DNA of 64,000 nt from contig NZ_JAAAPJ010000005.1 of NCBI RefSeq assembly GCF_009909145.1, positions 336,470-400,469 on the forward strand, read 5' to 3'. The stretch is from Corallococcus silvisoli. Its GTDB lineage: Bacteria > Myxococcota > Myxococcia > Myxococcales > Myxococcaceae. The translations under genes were made by a program, and so were the position numbers. This document shows positions 33,983 through 42,914 of this stretch, in pieces. The stretch's first letter is position 1. The number at the start of each line of letters is the position of its first letter. The notes under the pieces are model-generated. The model was not told the DNA's origin. It made no database searches and saw only the letters and a list, made by a program, of their open reading frames with translations.

Positions 33983-36433
33983 ATGGACGGAGTTCGAGGA
34001 GCGACAGCGGTCTTGCTCGCGTGCGCGGGGCTGTGGGCTCCGGGCGCCGCGTGGGCCCAGGCCCCCGGCGAGGACGAAGCCAGCGACGTGATGTCGGAGG
34101 AGAAGCTGGAGGCCCTGCTGGACACGCCGACGGCGCAGCCTACCCAGGACGAGGTGACGGCGGAGGCGTTTGGACCGGAGCGGCTGACGTCCTACTTCGC
34201 GCAGGGACTGCTCGCGAAGGCGCGCGCGGAGTTCGACCGGGGCCGCTACCGGTCCGCGCGGGCGCTGCTCGCCACCGAATCCCCCCCTTCCCTTCCGGGC
34301 CGCTACCTCCAGGCCCAGAGCGCCTTCCTCGCGCGCGACTTCGCCACCGCCGCCGAGGAGTTCACCGCGCTGGCGGAGGACTATGTGCCCCTGCGCGACC
34401 ACTGCCTGATGCGGGCCGCCGAGTCCCATGAGCGCCTGCACAAGCCGCTGCGCGCGGCGGAGCAGTACGGCGCGGTGAGTCCGGCCTCGCCGCTCTATCC
34501 GGAGGCGCGCTTCACCCTGGCGCGCGTGCTCAAGCGCCAGAACCGCATCCCCGAGGCGCTGACCGCGCTCCAGGCCCTCATCGACAGCCGGCAGGCGCGG
34601 GGGCCGGACGCGCTCCGGATGAAGGCGCTGCTGGCGTACTGCGACCTGGCGCGCGCGCAGGGGCAGTACAACGCCGAGCACCGCGCGCTGCTGGAGGTCT
34701 GGGCGACGGCGCCCCTGTCGCCCGAGGCGGCCCGCGCGCGCGTGCTGCTGCGGGATCTGCCGCTGCCCATGAAGTGGCGGGTGCGCCGCGCCGAGGCGCT
34801 GGTGGAGCTGCACCAGAACGTCGCGGCCATGAACCTGCTGGCCCGTTCGGGGCCGCGGACGGAGCTCCCGGACGAGCTGGCCTGCGGCGCCCAGCTCACC
34901 CTGGGCCGCGCGCTGCGCAAGGAGCGGCAGCACCGGCGCGCCATCCAGGTGCTGGAGCCGGTGGCGCGCGAGTGCCTGTCCCCCGAGCAGCGCCCGCAGG
35001 CGCTCTACCTCCTCGCGTATTCGCAGTCGGTGGTGCAGCCGGAGGCGGCCGTGGACACGTACGCCACGCTGGCCCGGGACTACCCGGCGCACGGCTACGC
35101 GGACGACGCGCTGTTCTTCGAGGCGTGGACGCAGCAGCGCCTGGGGCTCGTGGACGAGGCGCTCCAGAACTACGAGGCGCTGGCGAAGCAATACCCCGCC
35201 GGCAACTTCGCCGCCGAGGCCCTCTTCCGCGCCTTCTGGCTGCACCAGCGCAAGGGCGAGACGCAGCCCGCGCTCGCGTCGCTGATGGCGGTGGAGCAGC
35301 TGCCGGAAGCGGCGCGCACCGACGAAGCCCTGTGGCGCGCCCGCTACTGGCAGGCGCGCGTGCAGGAGTCCGGCGGCGCGGTGGACGCGGCGCTCACGCG
35401 CTACGAGCTCATCGCCACCGAGCGGCCCACGGCCTGGTACGGCCTGCTCGCCCGGACGCGGCTCGCGCAGCACGCGCCGGAGCGGATGGCCCGCCTGACG
35501 GCGGCGTCCGCCGCACCGAAGGCCACGTCCATCCCGAACACCGCCGGGCCCGTCACCGACGAGGTCTGGCCCCTGCCCCCGGGCCCGCTCCAGAAGGACC
35601 CGCGCTTCGCCGCGGGCGTGGAGCTCTTGCGCCTGGGCCAGCCAGGCGTGGTGGAGGAGCTGCTCGCGGTGGACACGCGCGGCCTGGCGGAGGCGCCCGC
35701 GCGGCTGCTCTACCAGACGATGCGCCGCACCGGGCGGGGCCGGGCCACGCGGCAGGTGGCGCGCGTGTCGCTTCGCCAGGAGGCCGCCGGGCCGCTGAGC
35801 GCCGCGTCGCGCCCGGTGTGGGAGGCCACGTGGCCGCTCGCGTTCCGGCCGCTCATCCAGAGCTCTTCGCGGTCAGCGCGAGTGGATCCCGATCTGCTCC
35901 AGGGCCTCATCCGCGAGGAGAGCCGCTTCAACCCGCGCGCGCGCTCCGCCACGGGAGCGCTGGGACTGGCGCAGCTCATGCCCTCGACGGCGCGCCAGGT
36001 GGCGGACTCGCTGAAGATGGCCTCGTTCGACGTGTCCTCGCTGCTTCAGCCCGCGCCGAACATCCGCCTGGGCGCGGCGTACCTGGGGCAGTTGCTCAAG
36101 CACTTCGACGGCAACCCCGCCTACGCCGTGGCCGCGTACAACGCGGGACCCGCGGCCGTGGAGCGCTGGCGCCGGGCCCTGCCCCAGGCGGAGCTGGACG
36201 AGTGGGTGGAGCACATCGCCTTCGACGAGACCCGCGACTACGTGAAGCGCGTCCTGGGCAGCTACAGCGCCTACAAGCTGCTCTACGCGAACGAAGTGCC
36301 CGCGTCGTTCCAGAAGGCCCACAAGGCCCCCCTGGAGGCCGCGCGCGCGCCCACGGTGAGCCCCGCGACGGGCACCGGCGGCAGCGGCAGGAACGCGGTG
36401 ACGCCGACGTCCACCCTGTCTGGCGGACGGTAG
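33983..36433 (+). CDS. Soluble lytic murein transglycosylase (Slt70-like: TPR-like superhelical N-domain plus C-terminal SLT domain)
   Basis: Signal peptide. C-terminal SLT motifs ESRFNPRARSATGALGLAQLMPSTA and AYNAGP. Confidence 0.8.
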   Translation: MDGVRGATAVLLACAGLWAPGAAWAQAPGEDEASDVMSEEKLEALLDTPTAQPTQDEVTAEAFGPERLTSYFAQGLLAKARAEFDRGRYRSARALLATESPPSLPGRYLQAQSAFLARDFATAAEEFTALAEDYVPLRDHCLMRAAESHERLHKPLRAAEQYGAVSPASPLYPEARFTLARVLKRQNRIPEALTALQALIDSRQARGPDALRMKALLAYCDLARAQGQYNAEHRALLEVWATAPLSPEAARARVLLRDLPLPMKWRVRRAEALVELHQNVAAMNLLARSGPRTELPDELACGAQLTLGRALRKERQHRRAIQVLEPVARECLSPEQRPQALYLLAYSQSVVQPEAAVDTYATLARDYPAHGYADDALFFEAWTQQRLGLVDEALQNYEALAKQYPAGNFAAEALFRAFWLHQRKGETQPALASLMAVEQLPEAARTDEALWRARYWQARVQESGGAVDAALTRYELIATERPTAWYGLLARTRLAQHAPERMARLTAASAAPKATSIPNTAGPVTDEVWPLPPGPLQKDPRFAAGVELLRLGQPGVVEELLAVDTRGLAEAPARLLYQTMRRTGRGRATRQVARVSLRQEAAGPLSAASRPVWEATWPLAFRPLIQSSSRSARVDPDLLQGLIREESRFNPRARSATGALGLAQLMPSTARQVADSLKMASFDVSSLLQPAPNIRLGAAYLGQLLKHFDGNPAYAVAAYNAGPAAVERWRRALPQAELDEWVEHIAFDETRDYVKRVLGSYSAYKLLYANEVPASFQKAHKAPLEAARAPTVSPATGTGGSGRNAVTPTSTLSGGR

Positions 36434-36583
36434 GGCTCCCACCTCGACGGTGAGGCCAGGACGCGAACGCCCAACGGCGGCAGGACTCCATGGCACGTTG
36501 GGCGAACGCCTTGCCCCCCTCACGTCGCCGGACGGGACCTTGGCTCCCGTCCGGCGCGCGAGGAAACAGTGCGGCGATGGGCG

Positions 36584-37399
36584 CTACTTCACACCCGTGG
36601 GCGCGGTGATGGACTCGGAGTTGATGGTGTACTGGCTGGCGATGGCGTTCGTGTCGATGCCCGTGAAGTGGCGGTACGGGTAGGCACCCTCCGCGATGGT
36701 CTCGATGAACTCCACCTGATCACCGGTGATGCGCTTGCCGTTGATGTCCACCGTGAACGTGTTCTTCTCCGAACCCACGCGCCACACGCACGCGCCCACG
36801 TTCTCCTTGGCCGAGCCGAGCGACAGACCGTCGACGTCGAAGTCGTTCAGGAAGTGGTGGTGCATCTCCGCCCAGCGGAGGAAGTCCCGCCAGTTGGTGA
36901 ACACGATGACCATGCCCGCCGGCTGCGGGCTGGAGCCCTGGAGCACGCCGCCCAGGTAGACGTTCATCGTGTAGCGCGAGCCCCCCGGCGAACCGGTGAA
37001 CGTGGGCGCCATGGTGACCGAGTTGGCCTCCTTGCCCGGCGTGACCCTCAGCGTGCTGACGACCTGATCGCCGTCACGCGCGGACAGCTGGTAGCCACCG
37101 TTCGCGCCCAGGCTCATCCCGACGCGCTGCTCCCACTTCACGGCCTGCGCGAAGGTGCTCGCGACGCCGTCCTTCTGGGTGGCGAGCCCGGACACAGCGA
37201 GACCGTCCGCCACGGAATCGAGCTTCGCCCGGCCCATCGCACAGCTGCTGATGCCTTCGAACCTCTTGACACACTGGGACTGCGCCGCCGACTCCTGCGC
37301 GTTCAGGGAACCGGCGGACTGGCTGTCGTCGCCGCCCGCACAACCCGCGAGGCTCAGGAACATGGAAGCCAGCAGGGGACCCGTCATCTTCAGGTGCAT
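36584..37399 (-). CDS. Lipoprotein of unknown function
   Basis: Lipobox LSLAGC. Gly/Ser-rich beta-type sequence. No recognised motif. Confidence 0.55.
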   Translation of the reverse strand: MHLKMTGPLLASMFLSLAGCAGGDDSQSAGSLNAQESAAQSQCVKRFEGISSCAMGRAKLDSVADGLAVSGLATQKDGVASTFAQAVKWEQRVGMSLGANGGYQLSARDGDQVVSTLRVTPGKEANSVTMAPTFTGSPGGSRYTMNVYLGGVLQGSSPQPAGMVIVFTNWRDFLRWAEMHHHFLNDFDVDGLSLGSAKENVGACVWRVGSEKNTFTVDINGKRITGDQVEFIETIAEGAYPYRHFTGIDTNAIASQYTINSESITAPTGVK

Positions 37400-37486
37400 G
37401 CGCTACCTCGTCATGGGGTGAACTGCACGCCTCCCCATTGCACCCCTTGAGCCAACACACCGGACGCGTCTGTCTTCACTCTTGCC

Positions 37487-37625
37487 ATTCATTGAATGAG
37501 AAAACAGGAGTAGCGACATGAGTCACATGAAACACTGTATTTGTAGCAAGGCGAGTCACAGCGGCCGCCAAGACGGCCCGGCGGGATCCGGCGCGCCCCC
37601 TTTGAAACCTGGATTCACTGAATGA
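37487..37625. promoter_or_regulatory. Two copies of a 13-nt palindromic motif ATTCAyTGAATGA (at 37487..37499 and 37613..37625) in a relatively AT-rich divergent promoter region
   Basis: attcattgaatga and attcactgaatga both read as 5-bp arms TTCA(T/C)/(A)TGAA around a centre. They lie between divergently transcribed lipoprotein and M28 peptidase genes. Likely a dimeric regulator operator pair. Confidence 0.4.
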
Positions 37626-37721
37626 ACTGATAACGCACGGAATCGCGCCGCGGCGCACAACTTCTGACCGGCTCCGTCGGATAATCTCAGGAAGCGCGTT
37701 TCCTCCCCCGGACTCCCCACC

Positions 37722-39113
37722 ATGGCCACGAAGATCAACGACAGCTCGCGCCCCCTCACCTCCGTGTCGCGGTTGAACTCGCAGGACGCGCGGAGCACGG
37801 ACGCGAAGTCGAAGAACCGTCCCCTCGCGTTCAAGGACGGCTTCGAGTCCTCCGGCACGCGCCCCTCCCTGCCCCGGCTGCCCGCGCCGCCCCCGGTGCT
37901 GTCGCTGCCCGCGCCCTGCACTCCGGCGCCCACGACGCCGGTGCCGGAGACGCCCGCCGAGCCGCCCGTGTCGGTCGACTCGGATCCGATGACGCACATC
38001 GAGTACCTGGCCTCCGACGCGCTGAAGGGCCGTGACAGCCCCTCCGAGGGCCTGGACGCGGCGAGCGCCTACGTGCAGGCGCACGCGGAGAAGTACGGCC
38101 TCGTGGGGCCCAACTCGAACAACCCGGCGAACCCCTTCCAGCAGAAGTTCAACGTCTACTCCTGGCTGGGGCCGAACACGGCCGGCGAGGCGAACGGCGC
38201 GGCCCACGGCGAGCACAAGCAGTTCGGCCACAAGATGTTCCAGGAGGGGTTCTACCTGGACGAGAAGATGCCCAAGGACACGCTGAAGCTGCTCAACAAG
38301 CAGTACGAGAGCACGATGAAGGCGGCGGGCCAGCCGCTGGCCCCGGCGCGGTCCGGGAAGCAGCGCAGCGTGGAGGAGCTCAAGCAGGTGGCCACGGCGA
38401 CGGGACAGGCCGTGAACACGATGGCGATGCTGCCCGGCACCGGCCCCCACAAGGACGAGGTCATCGTGGTGATGGCCCACCTGGACCACGTGGGCGTGGA
38501 CCGCAAGGGCAACCCGTTCAACGGCGCGGACGACAACGCGTCAGGCAGCGCGGTGCTGATGGCGGCGGTGCCGGAGCTGGCGGAGGCCGCGAAGAACGGC
38601 AAGCTGGACCGCTCCGTGCTCTTCATCTGGACGGGCGCGGAGGAGAAGGGGCTGGTGGGCTCGCAGTACTTCGTGGACCACCCCATCCCCGGGCTGGAGA
38701 TGAAGGACATCGCCGGCGTCATCAACACGGACATGGTGGGCCGCTGGGATGATCAGCGCCTGTCCGTCGTGGACACCAACACCAAGGGCCAGCCCAACTA
38801 CTTCCGGGACGTGGTGGACCAGGCGAACCAGCAGATGGCGGACCCGTTCGACCGCATCAACCGGGACATCAACGTGTACCGCGACCGCCAGGACGGCGCG
38901 TCGTTCGGGCGCAAGGGCGAGGACGTGCTCTTCCTCTTCGAGGGCCTGTCCAACCCCGAGGGCGGCGGCGATCTCATCCCCGAGTACCACCGGCAGGATG
39001 ACGACATCGAGAAGATCATCGAGGACAACGGCGGCAACAAGCCCCGCCGCGTGAAGGACCTCCTGGTGAACGTCATCAACCTGGCGGCGAACCGCGTCCC
39101 CGCAGAGAAGTGA
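37722..39113 (+). CDS. M28-family zinc aminopeptidase (secreted)
   Basis: M28 Zn ligand blocks MAHLDHVG, NGADDNASGSA and GAEEKGLVGSQ. Confidence 0.8.
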   Translation: MATKINDSSRPLTSVSRLNSQDARSTDAKSKNRPLAFKDGFESSGTRPSLPRLPAPPPVLSLPAPCTPAPTTPVPETPAEPPVSVDSDPMTHIEYLASDALKGRDSPSEGLDAASAYVQAHAEKYGLVGPNSNNPANPFQQKFNVYSWLGPNTAGEANGAAHGEHKQFGHKMFQEGFYLDEKMPKDTLKLLNKQYESTMKAAGQPLAPARSGKQRSVEELKQVATATGQAVNTMAMLPGTGPHKDEVIVVMAHLDHVGVDRKGNPFNGADDNASGSAVLMAAVPELAEAAKNGKLDRSVLFIWTGAEEKGLVGSQYFVDHPIPGLEMKDIAGVINTDMVGRWDDQRLSVVDTNTKGQPNYFRDVVDQANQQMADPFDRINRDINVYRDRQDGASFGRKGEDVLFLFEGLSNPEGGGDLIPEYHRQDDDIEKIIEDNGGNKPRRVKDLLVNVINLAANRVPAEK

Positions 39114-39184
39114 TGGGACGGGGGGGCGGAGCGCCCCCCCTCTTTTTCCGCCGGACGACGGCGCTCCGCGGGGGGCCCTCGGCC

Positions 39185-40066
39185 TCAGGCCGCCAGCTTC
39201 TCCCCCGTCGCCGCGGGCGCCGCGGCGATGGCGTCCAGTTCGTGCTGGCTGAGCACCACCTTCGCTTCGGAGCCGCGCCAGACGAACGGGATGCCCGGCT
39301 GACGGTAGAGGTGCGCGGGGATCTCCCGCGCGAGCTGGGCGTGCAGCTCCGGCAGCTTGGACCAGTGCAGCCCGTGCCGCGTGTGATGCGCGGTGTGGTA
39401 GCCCAGGTTGCCGGTCATCAGGTTGTAGCCGCGGTGGAGGATGTTGTACGAGGCCTCCGAGTGCAGCTCGGTGTTCAGGTCCACGTGGTGGAAGAAGGTC
39501 GCCCACACCGTGACGAACAGCGACGCCACCATGGGCAGCAGGAACACGAAGAGCGCGTTGTAGGGGTTCACCCAGAACAGCCCCGCCAACAGGACGACCT
39601 GCAGCACGCCCATCGCGATGAACACCCGCAGCGCCTTGGGGTGCTGCTGGCGCCCCACTTCGAACGCCCGCGGATACGCGGTCAGCATGGTGCTGAGCGA
39701 GTACTCCAGCTCGCCCATGGTCGTGCCGTCATCGCGCTTCCAGCGCGACTCGTCCTTCGTCTGGTCCAGGTAGTTGCGGTGGTGACCCAGCACGTGGTGG
39801 AGGAACCACGCCTGCGACGTCACGCCCGTCTGGAAACCGAAGATGATCTCCAGGAGGCGGTTGGGCAGCGCGTGCCGGAACATCGACAGGTGCTGGTGGT
39901 GGTGGTTCCACGAGCAGATCCATCCCTTGGGGATGATGCCCAGGCCGAACCACAACACCGGCACCCACCAGCTGCTCGCCGTGAGGAACACCGTCACGTC
40001 GAGCGCGAACACGCACGTGAACAACAGGACCGGGATGCGATCTTCGGGATGCCGGAACAGGGTCAT
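39185..40066 (-). CDS. Membrane fatty-acid desaturase family protein (second desaturase in the window)
   Basis: Histidine boxes WNHHHQH, HHVLGHH and HTAHHTRHG. Four TM regions. Confidence 0.75.
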   Translation of the reverse strand: MTLFRHPEDRIPVLLFTCVFALDVTVFLTASSWWVPVLWFGLGIIPKGWICSWNHHHQHLSMFRHALPNRLLEIIFGFQTGVTSQAWFLHHVLGHHRNYLDQTKDESRWKRDDGTTMGELEYSLSTMLTAYPRAFEVGRQQHPKALRVFIAMGVLQVVLLAGLFWVNPYNALFVFLLPMVASLFVTVWATFFHHVDLNTELHSEASYNILHRGYNLMTGNLGYHTAHHTRHGLHWSKLPELHAQLAREIPAHLYRQPGIPFVWRGSEAKVVLSQHELDAIAAAPAATGEKLAA

Positions 40067-40356
40067 GCGCCTTCCGCGACAAGAGGGATCAGGGAACAAA
40101 TGCTGATTTTCCAACTGTAGGACGTGAAGCCCCGCCTGGAACAGGCCCGCCCAGGCGGACATGCCCCACGTCGCCCGCTCGCCCCTTCTCCCACACACCC
40201 GCCGTGGGGGCCCCCTCTGGAACGGGCAGGTTCCACAATGGCGGTAAACAACGTAGTCGCATTGAACTTGTATTTCTACTATTTCAAGAATCACAGTCCT
40301 GAATTGTGATAAACGCCGACCCAGCCCTTTCTGGCAGCACAGGCCCTGGAGGCGTC

Positions 40357-41019
40357 ATGCGGAACCAGACCATCGAGGCGGCGCTCGCGAAGAACCCCCA
40401 CCGTGAGCAGCTCATCAAGCACCGGTTCTTCGAAGTGGTGGATGAGAAGGCCTTCAGCCGCGAGCAGGCGGAGATGGTGCTGGGCCAGTGGTGGCACCCG
40501 CTGCACTACTTCCCCAACTTCCTGGGCAAGCTGCTCGCCGTCTGCCCGCAGATCGAGATGAAGACGGCGGTGTCGCACATCCTCAACCAGGAGGTGGGCG
40601 AAGGGGATCCGGAGCGCGCGCACGAGCGCTTCTTCATCACGACGATGACGGACGCGGGCTTCACGAAGGCGGGCGTGTCCGAAGCGGACATGGCGCCCGC
40701 CACGCGCCGGCTGCTCGACGGCTACCAGCGCTCCACGGACAACCACCTCACGGGCCTGGGCTTCCTCTACGGCACGGAGGTGGCGGACCTCACCATGGTG
40801 GCGAAGCTGGGCAAGCTGGTGCGCCGCACCACGGGCCTCAAGTCCCTGCCCTGGGTGGACATCCACGTGAAGCAGGAGCCGGACCACGTGGAGACGGCCG
40901 GCCACACCATGGGGCTCGAGTACACCGACGCGGAGCTGGCCACCATCACCCGGGGCGCGGAGGAGATGTGGCAGCTGTGGGTGGGATTCTTCGAGGAGCT
41001 GCGCAACCGCGTCGTCTGA
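40357..41019 (+). CDS. Haem-oxygenase-like fold iron-containing redox enzyme (CADD/PqqC/TenA-like; possible HDO-type diiron oxidase)
   Basis: Helical protein with spaced E/H ligand-like motifs (NQEVGEGDPERAHERFF; GTEVADL; QEPDHVETAGH) as in the haem-oxygenase-like diiron/iron enzymes. Start could be 40306 or 40357. Confidence 0.55.
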   Translation: MRNQTIEAALAKNPHREQLIKHRFFEVVDEKAFSREQAEMVLGQWWHPLHYFPNFLGKLLAVCPQIEMKTAVSHILNQEVGEGDPERAHERFFITTMTDAGFTKAGVSEADMAPATRRLLDGYQRSTDNHLTGLGFLYGTEVADLTMVAKLGKLVRRTTGLKSLPWVDIHVKQEPDHVETAGHTMGLEYTDAELATITRGAEEMWQLWVGFFEELRNRVV

Positions 41020-41192
41020 GCCGCCGCCGCGTCACGCTCCAACCTCCTGGAATTCGTGCGATTTCGCACGCGGCACTGGCGAATCTCTCCAGGTAGGGTA
41101 CTCACTCGCGCGCCACGGGAGTGCCACACCTCGCGCCTCTCCTCCTCCCGCGGCGGACCTCGCCTGGCCCTCCAGGCGCCGAGGGAGAATCC

Positions 41193-41819
41193 ATGCTCGA
41201 AAAGCTGATGCCGAAGTCGGACGAGTTCTTCGACGACTTCGACGCGCAATGCGCAAGGACCGTCGAGGGAGCCCAGCTCCTGCACGACCTGTTGAGCGAC
41301 TACCGGGACGTGCCCGCGCGCGTCCAGGCGCTCAAGGACGTGGAGCACAAGGGTGACGACGTCACCCACGCGGCCTTCAACCGGCTCCACCAGCAGTTCA
41401 TCACCCCCTTCGACCGCGGGCAGATCCACTCGCTGCTGTCGCGCATCGACGACGTGCTGGACCTGACCAACGCGGCGGCGGCGCGCCTGCTGTACTACGA
41501 GATCGACAGCACCCGGGCGGACGCCACGGAGCTGGCGCGGCTCCTGGTGCTGTCCACGCGCAAGGTGCAGGAGGTGGTGGCCGCCCTGCGCCTCATCAAG
41601 AAGCCGGAGCAGATCCTGGCGGGCTGCAAGGAGATCAAGCACCTGGAGTCGCAGGCGGACGAGGTGCTGCGCGCGGGCATGGGCCGGCTGTTCAAGAGCG
41701 GCGTGGACACCCTGACCATCATCAAGTGGAAGGAGATCTACGACCTCATCGAGACGGCGACCGACAAGTGCCAGGGTGTCGCCAACGTCATCGAAGGCGT
41801 CGTGCTGGAGCACTCCTGA
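41193..41819 (+). CDS. DUF47 family protein (PhoU-like, PiT-associated)
   Basis: Typical DUF47 length and helical pattern. Immediately upstream of and coupled to the PiT transporter. Confidence 0.8.
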   Translation: MLEKLMPKSDEFFDDFDAQCARTVEGAQLLHDLLSDYRDVPARVQALKDVEHKGDDVTHAAFNRLHQQFITPFDRGQIHSLLSRIDDVLDLTNAAAARLLYYEIDSTRADATELARLLVLSTRKVQEVVAALRLIKKPEQILAGCKEIKHLESQADEVLRAGMGRLFKSGVDTLTIIKWKEIYDLIETATDKCQGVANVIEGVVLEHS

Positions 41820-41820
41820 G

Positions 41821-42846
41821 ATGCTGCTCGCCGCGGTCGTCCTCATCGTCATCGTCGCGCTCGTCTTCGACTTCATCAACGGCTTCCACGACGCCGCGAA
41901 CTCCATCGCCACGGTCGTCTCCACGCGCGTGCTGTCGCCCAACCTCGCGGTGGCCTGGGCGGCGTTCTTCAACTTCGTGGCTGCGTTCGCCGGCGGCGTT
42001 CACGTCGCCAACACCATGGGCAAGGGCATCATCAACTTCGACATGCTCCGCGCGGCCGGCCCCACCGCGGTGTTGATGGTCATCTTCTCCTCGCTCATCG
42101 GGGCCATCTCCTGGAACCTGCTCACTTGGTGGTGGGGGCTGCCCTCGTCGTCGTCGCACGCGCTGGCGGGCGGGATGATTGGCGCCACGCTGCCGGTGCT
42201 GGGCTTCCAGGGCCTGGTGGGCTCCGGCATCGCGCGCATCGCGGCGTTCATCGTGCTGTCGCCGCTCATCGGCATGGTGCTGGGCATCGGGATGATGGTG
42301 GCCAGCACGTGGGCGGTGCGCCGTCAGACGCCCCTGCGCGTGGACACCTGGTTCCGCAGGCTCCAGCTGGTGTCGTCCGCCATCTTCTCCTTCAGCCACG
42401 GCACCAACGACGCGCAGAAGGTGATGGGCATCATCGCCGTGGTGCTCTTCGGCACCATCTGGCGCGACCGGCCCTTCCACATCGACTGGTGGATGATCAT
42501 CTCCTGCCACGCCGCCATCGCGATGGGCACCTTCTTCGGCGGCTGGCGCATCATCCGCACCATGGGCCACAGCCTCACGAAGCTGGCGCCCATTGGCGGC
42601 TTCTGCGCGGAGACGGGCGGCGGCGTCACCATCATCGCGCTGGCGGAGCTGGGCATCCCCGTGTCCACCACCCACACCATCACCGGCGCCATCGTCGGCG
42701 TGGGGTCCACGCGCGGCTGGCGCGCGGTGAAGTGGGGCACCGCGGGACGCATCATCTGGGCGTGGGTGTTCACCATCCCCGCCGCCGCGCTGGTGTCCGT
42801 CATCGTCTACGGCATCACGCTGGCCATCGTCCAGATGGTGGGCTGA
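41821..42846 (+). CDS. pit: Inorganic phosphate transporter, PiT family
   Basis: PiT signature GFHDAANSIAT near the N-terminus, repeated as FSHGTNDAQK in the second half. Multiple TM segments. Confidence 0.85.
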   Translation: MLLAAVVLIVIVALVFDFINGFHDAANSIATVVSTRVLSPNLAVAWAAFFNFVAAFAGGVHVANTMGKGIINFDMLRAAGPTAVLMVIFSSLIGAISWNLLTWWWGLPSSSSHALAGGMIGATLPVLGFQGLVGSGIARIAAFIVLSPLIGMVLGIGMMVASTWAVRRQTPLRVDTWFRRLQLVSSAIFSFSHGTNDAQKVMGIIAVVLFGTIWRDRPFHIDWWMIISCHAAIAMGTFFGGWRIIRTMGHSLTKLAPIGGFCAETGGGVTIIALAELGIPVSTTHTITGAIVGVGSTRGWRAVKWGTAGRIIWAWVFTIPAAALVSVIVYGITLAIVQMVG

Positions 42847-42914
42847 GCGCAAGAGCAGCGTCCCCCCACCCAGGGCGGGCCCCTTCGCGGGGGTCCGCCC
42901 TTCGTGTCTTTGGA

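Noticed and set aside
33038-35473. 811-aa minus-strand ORF
   Set aside because: Antisense to the lytic transglycosylase and lipoprotein genes. No motifs.
40285-40305. Sigma-54-like element tggcagcacaggccc upstream of the HO-like gene
   Set aside because: The -12 region lacks the GC at the right spacing, and the element is under 20 nt from the start codon, which is too close for a -24/-12 promoter.
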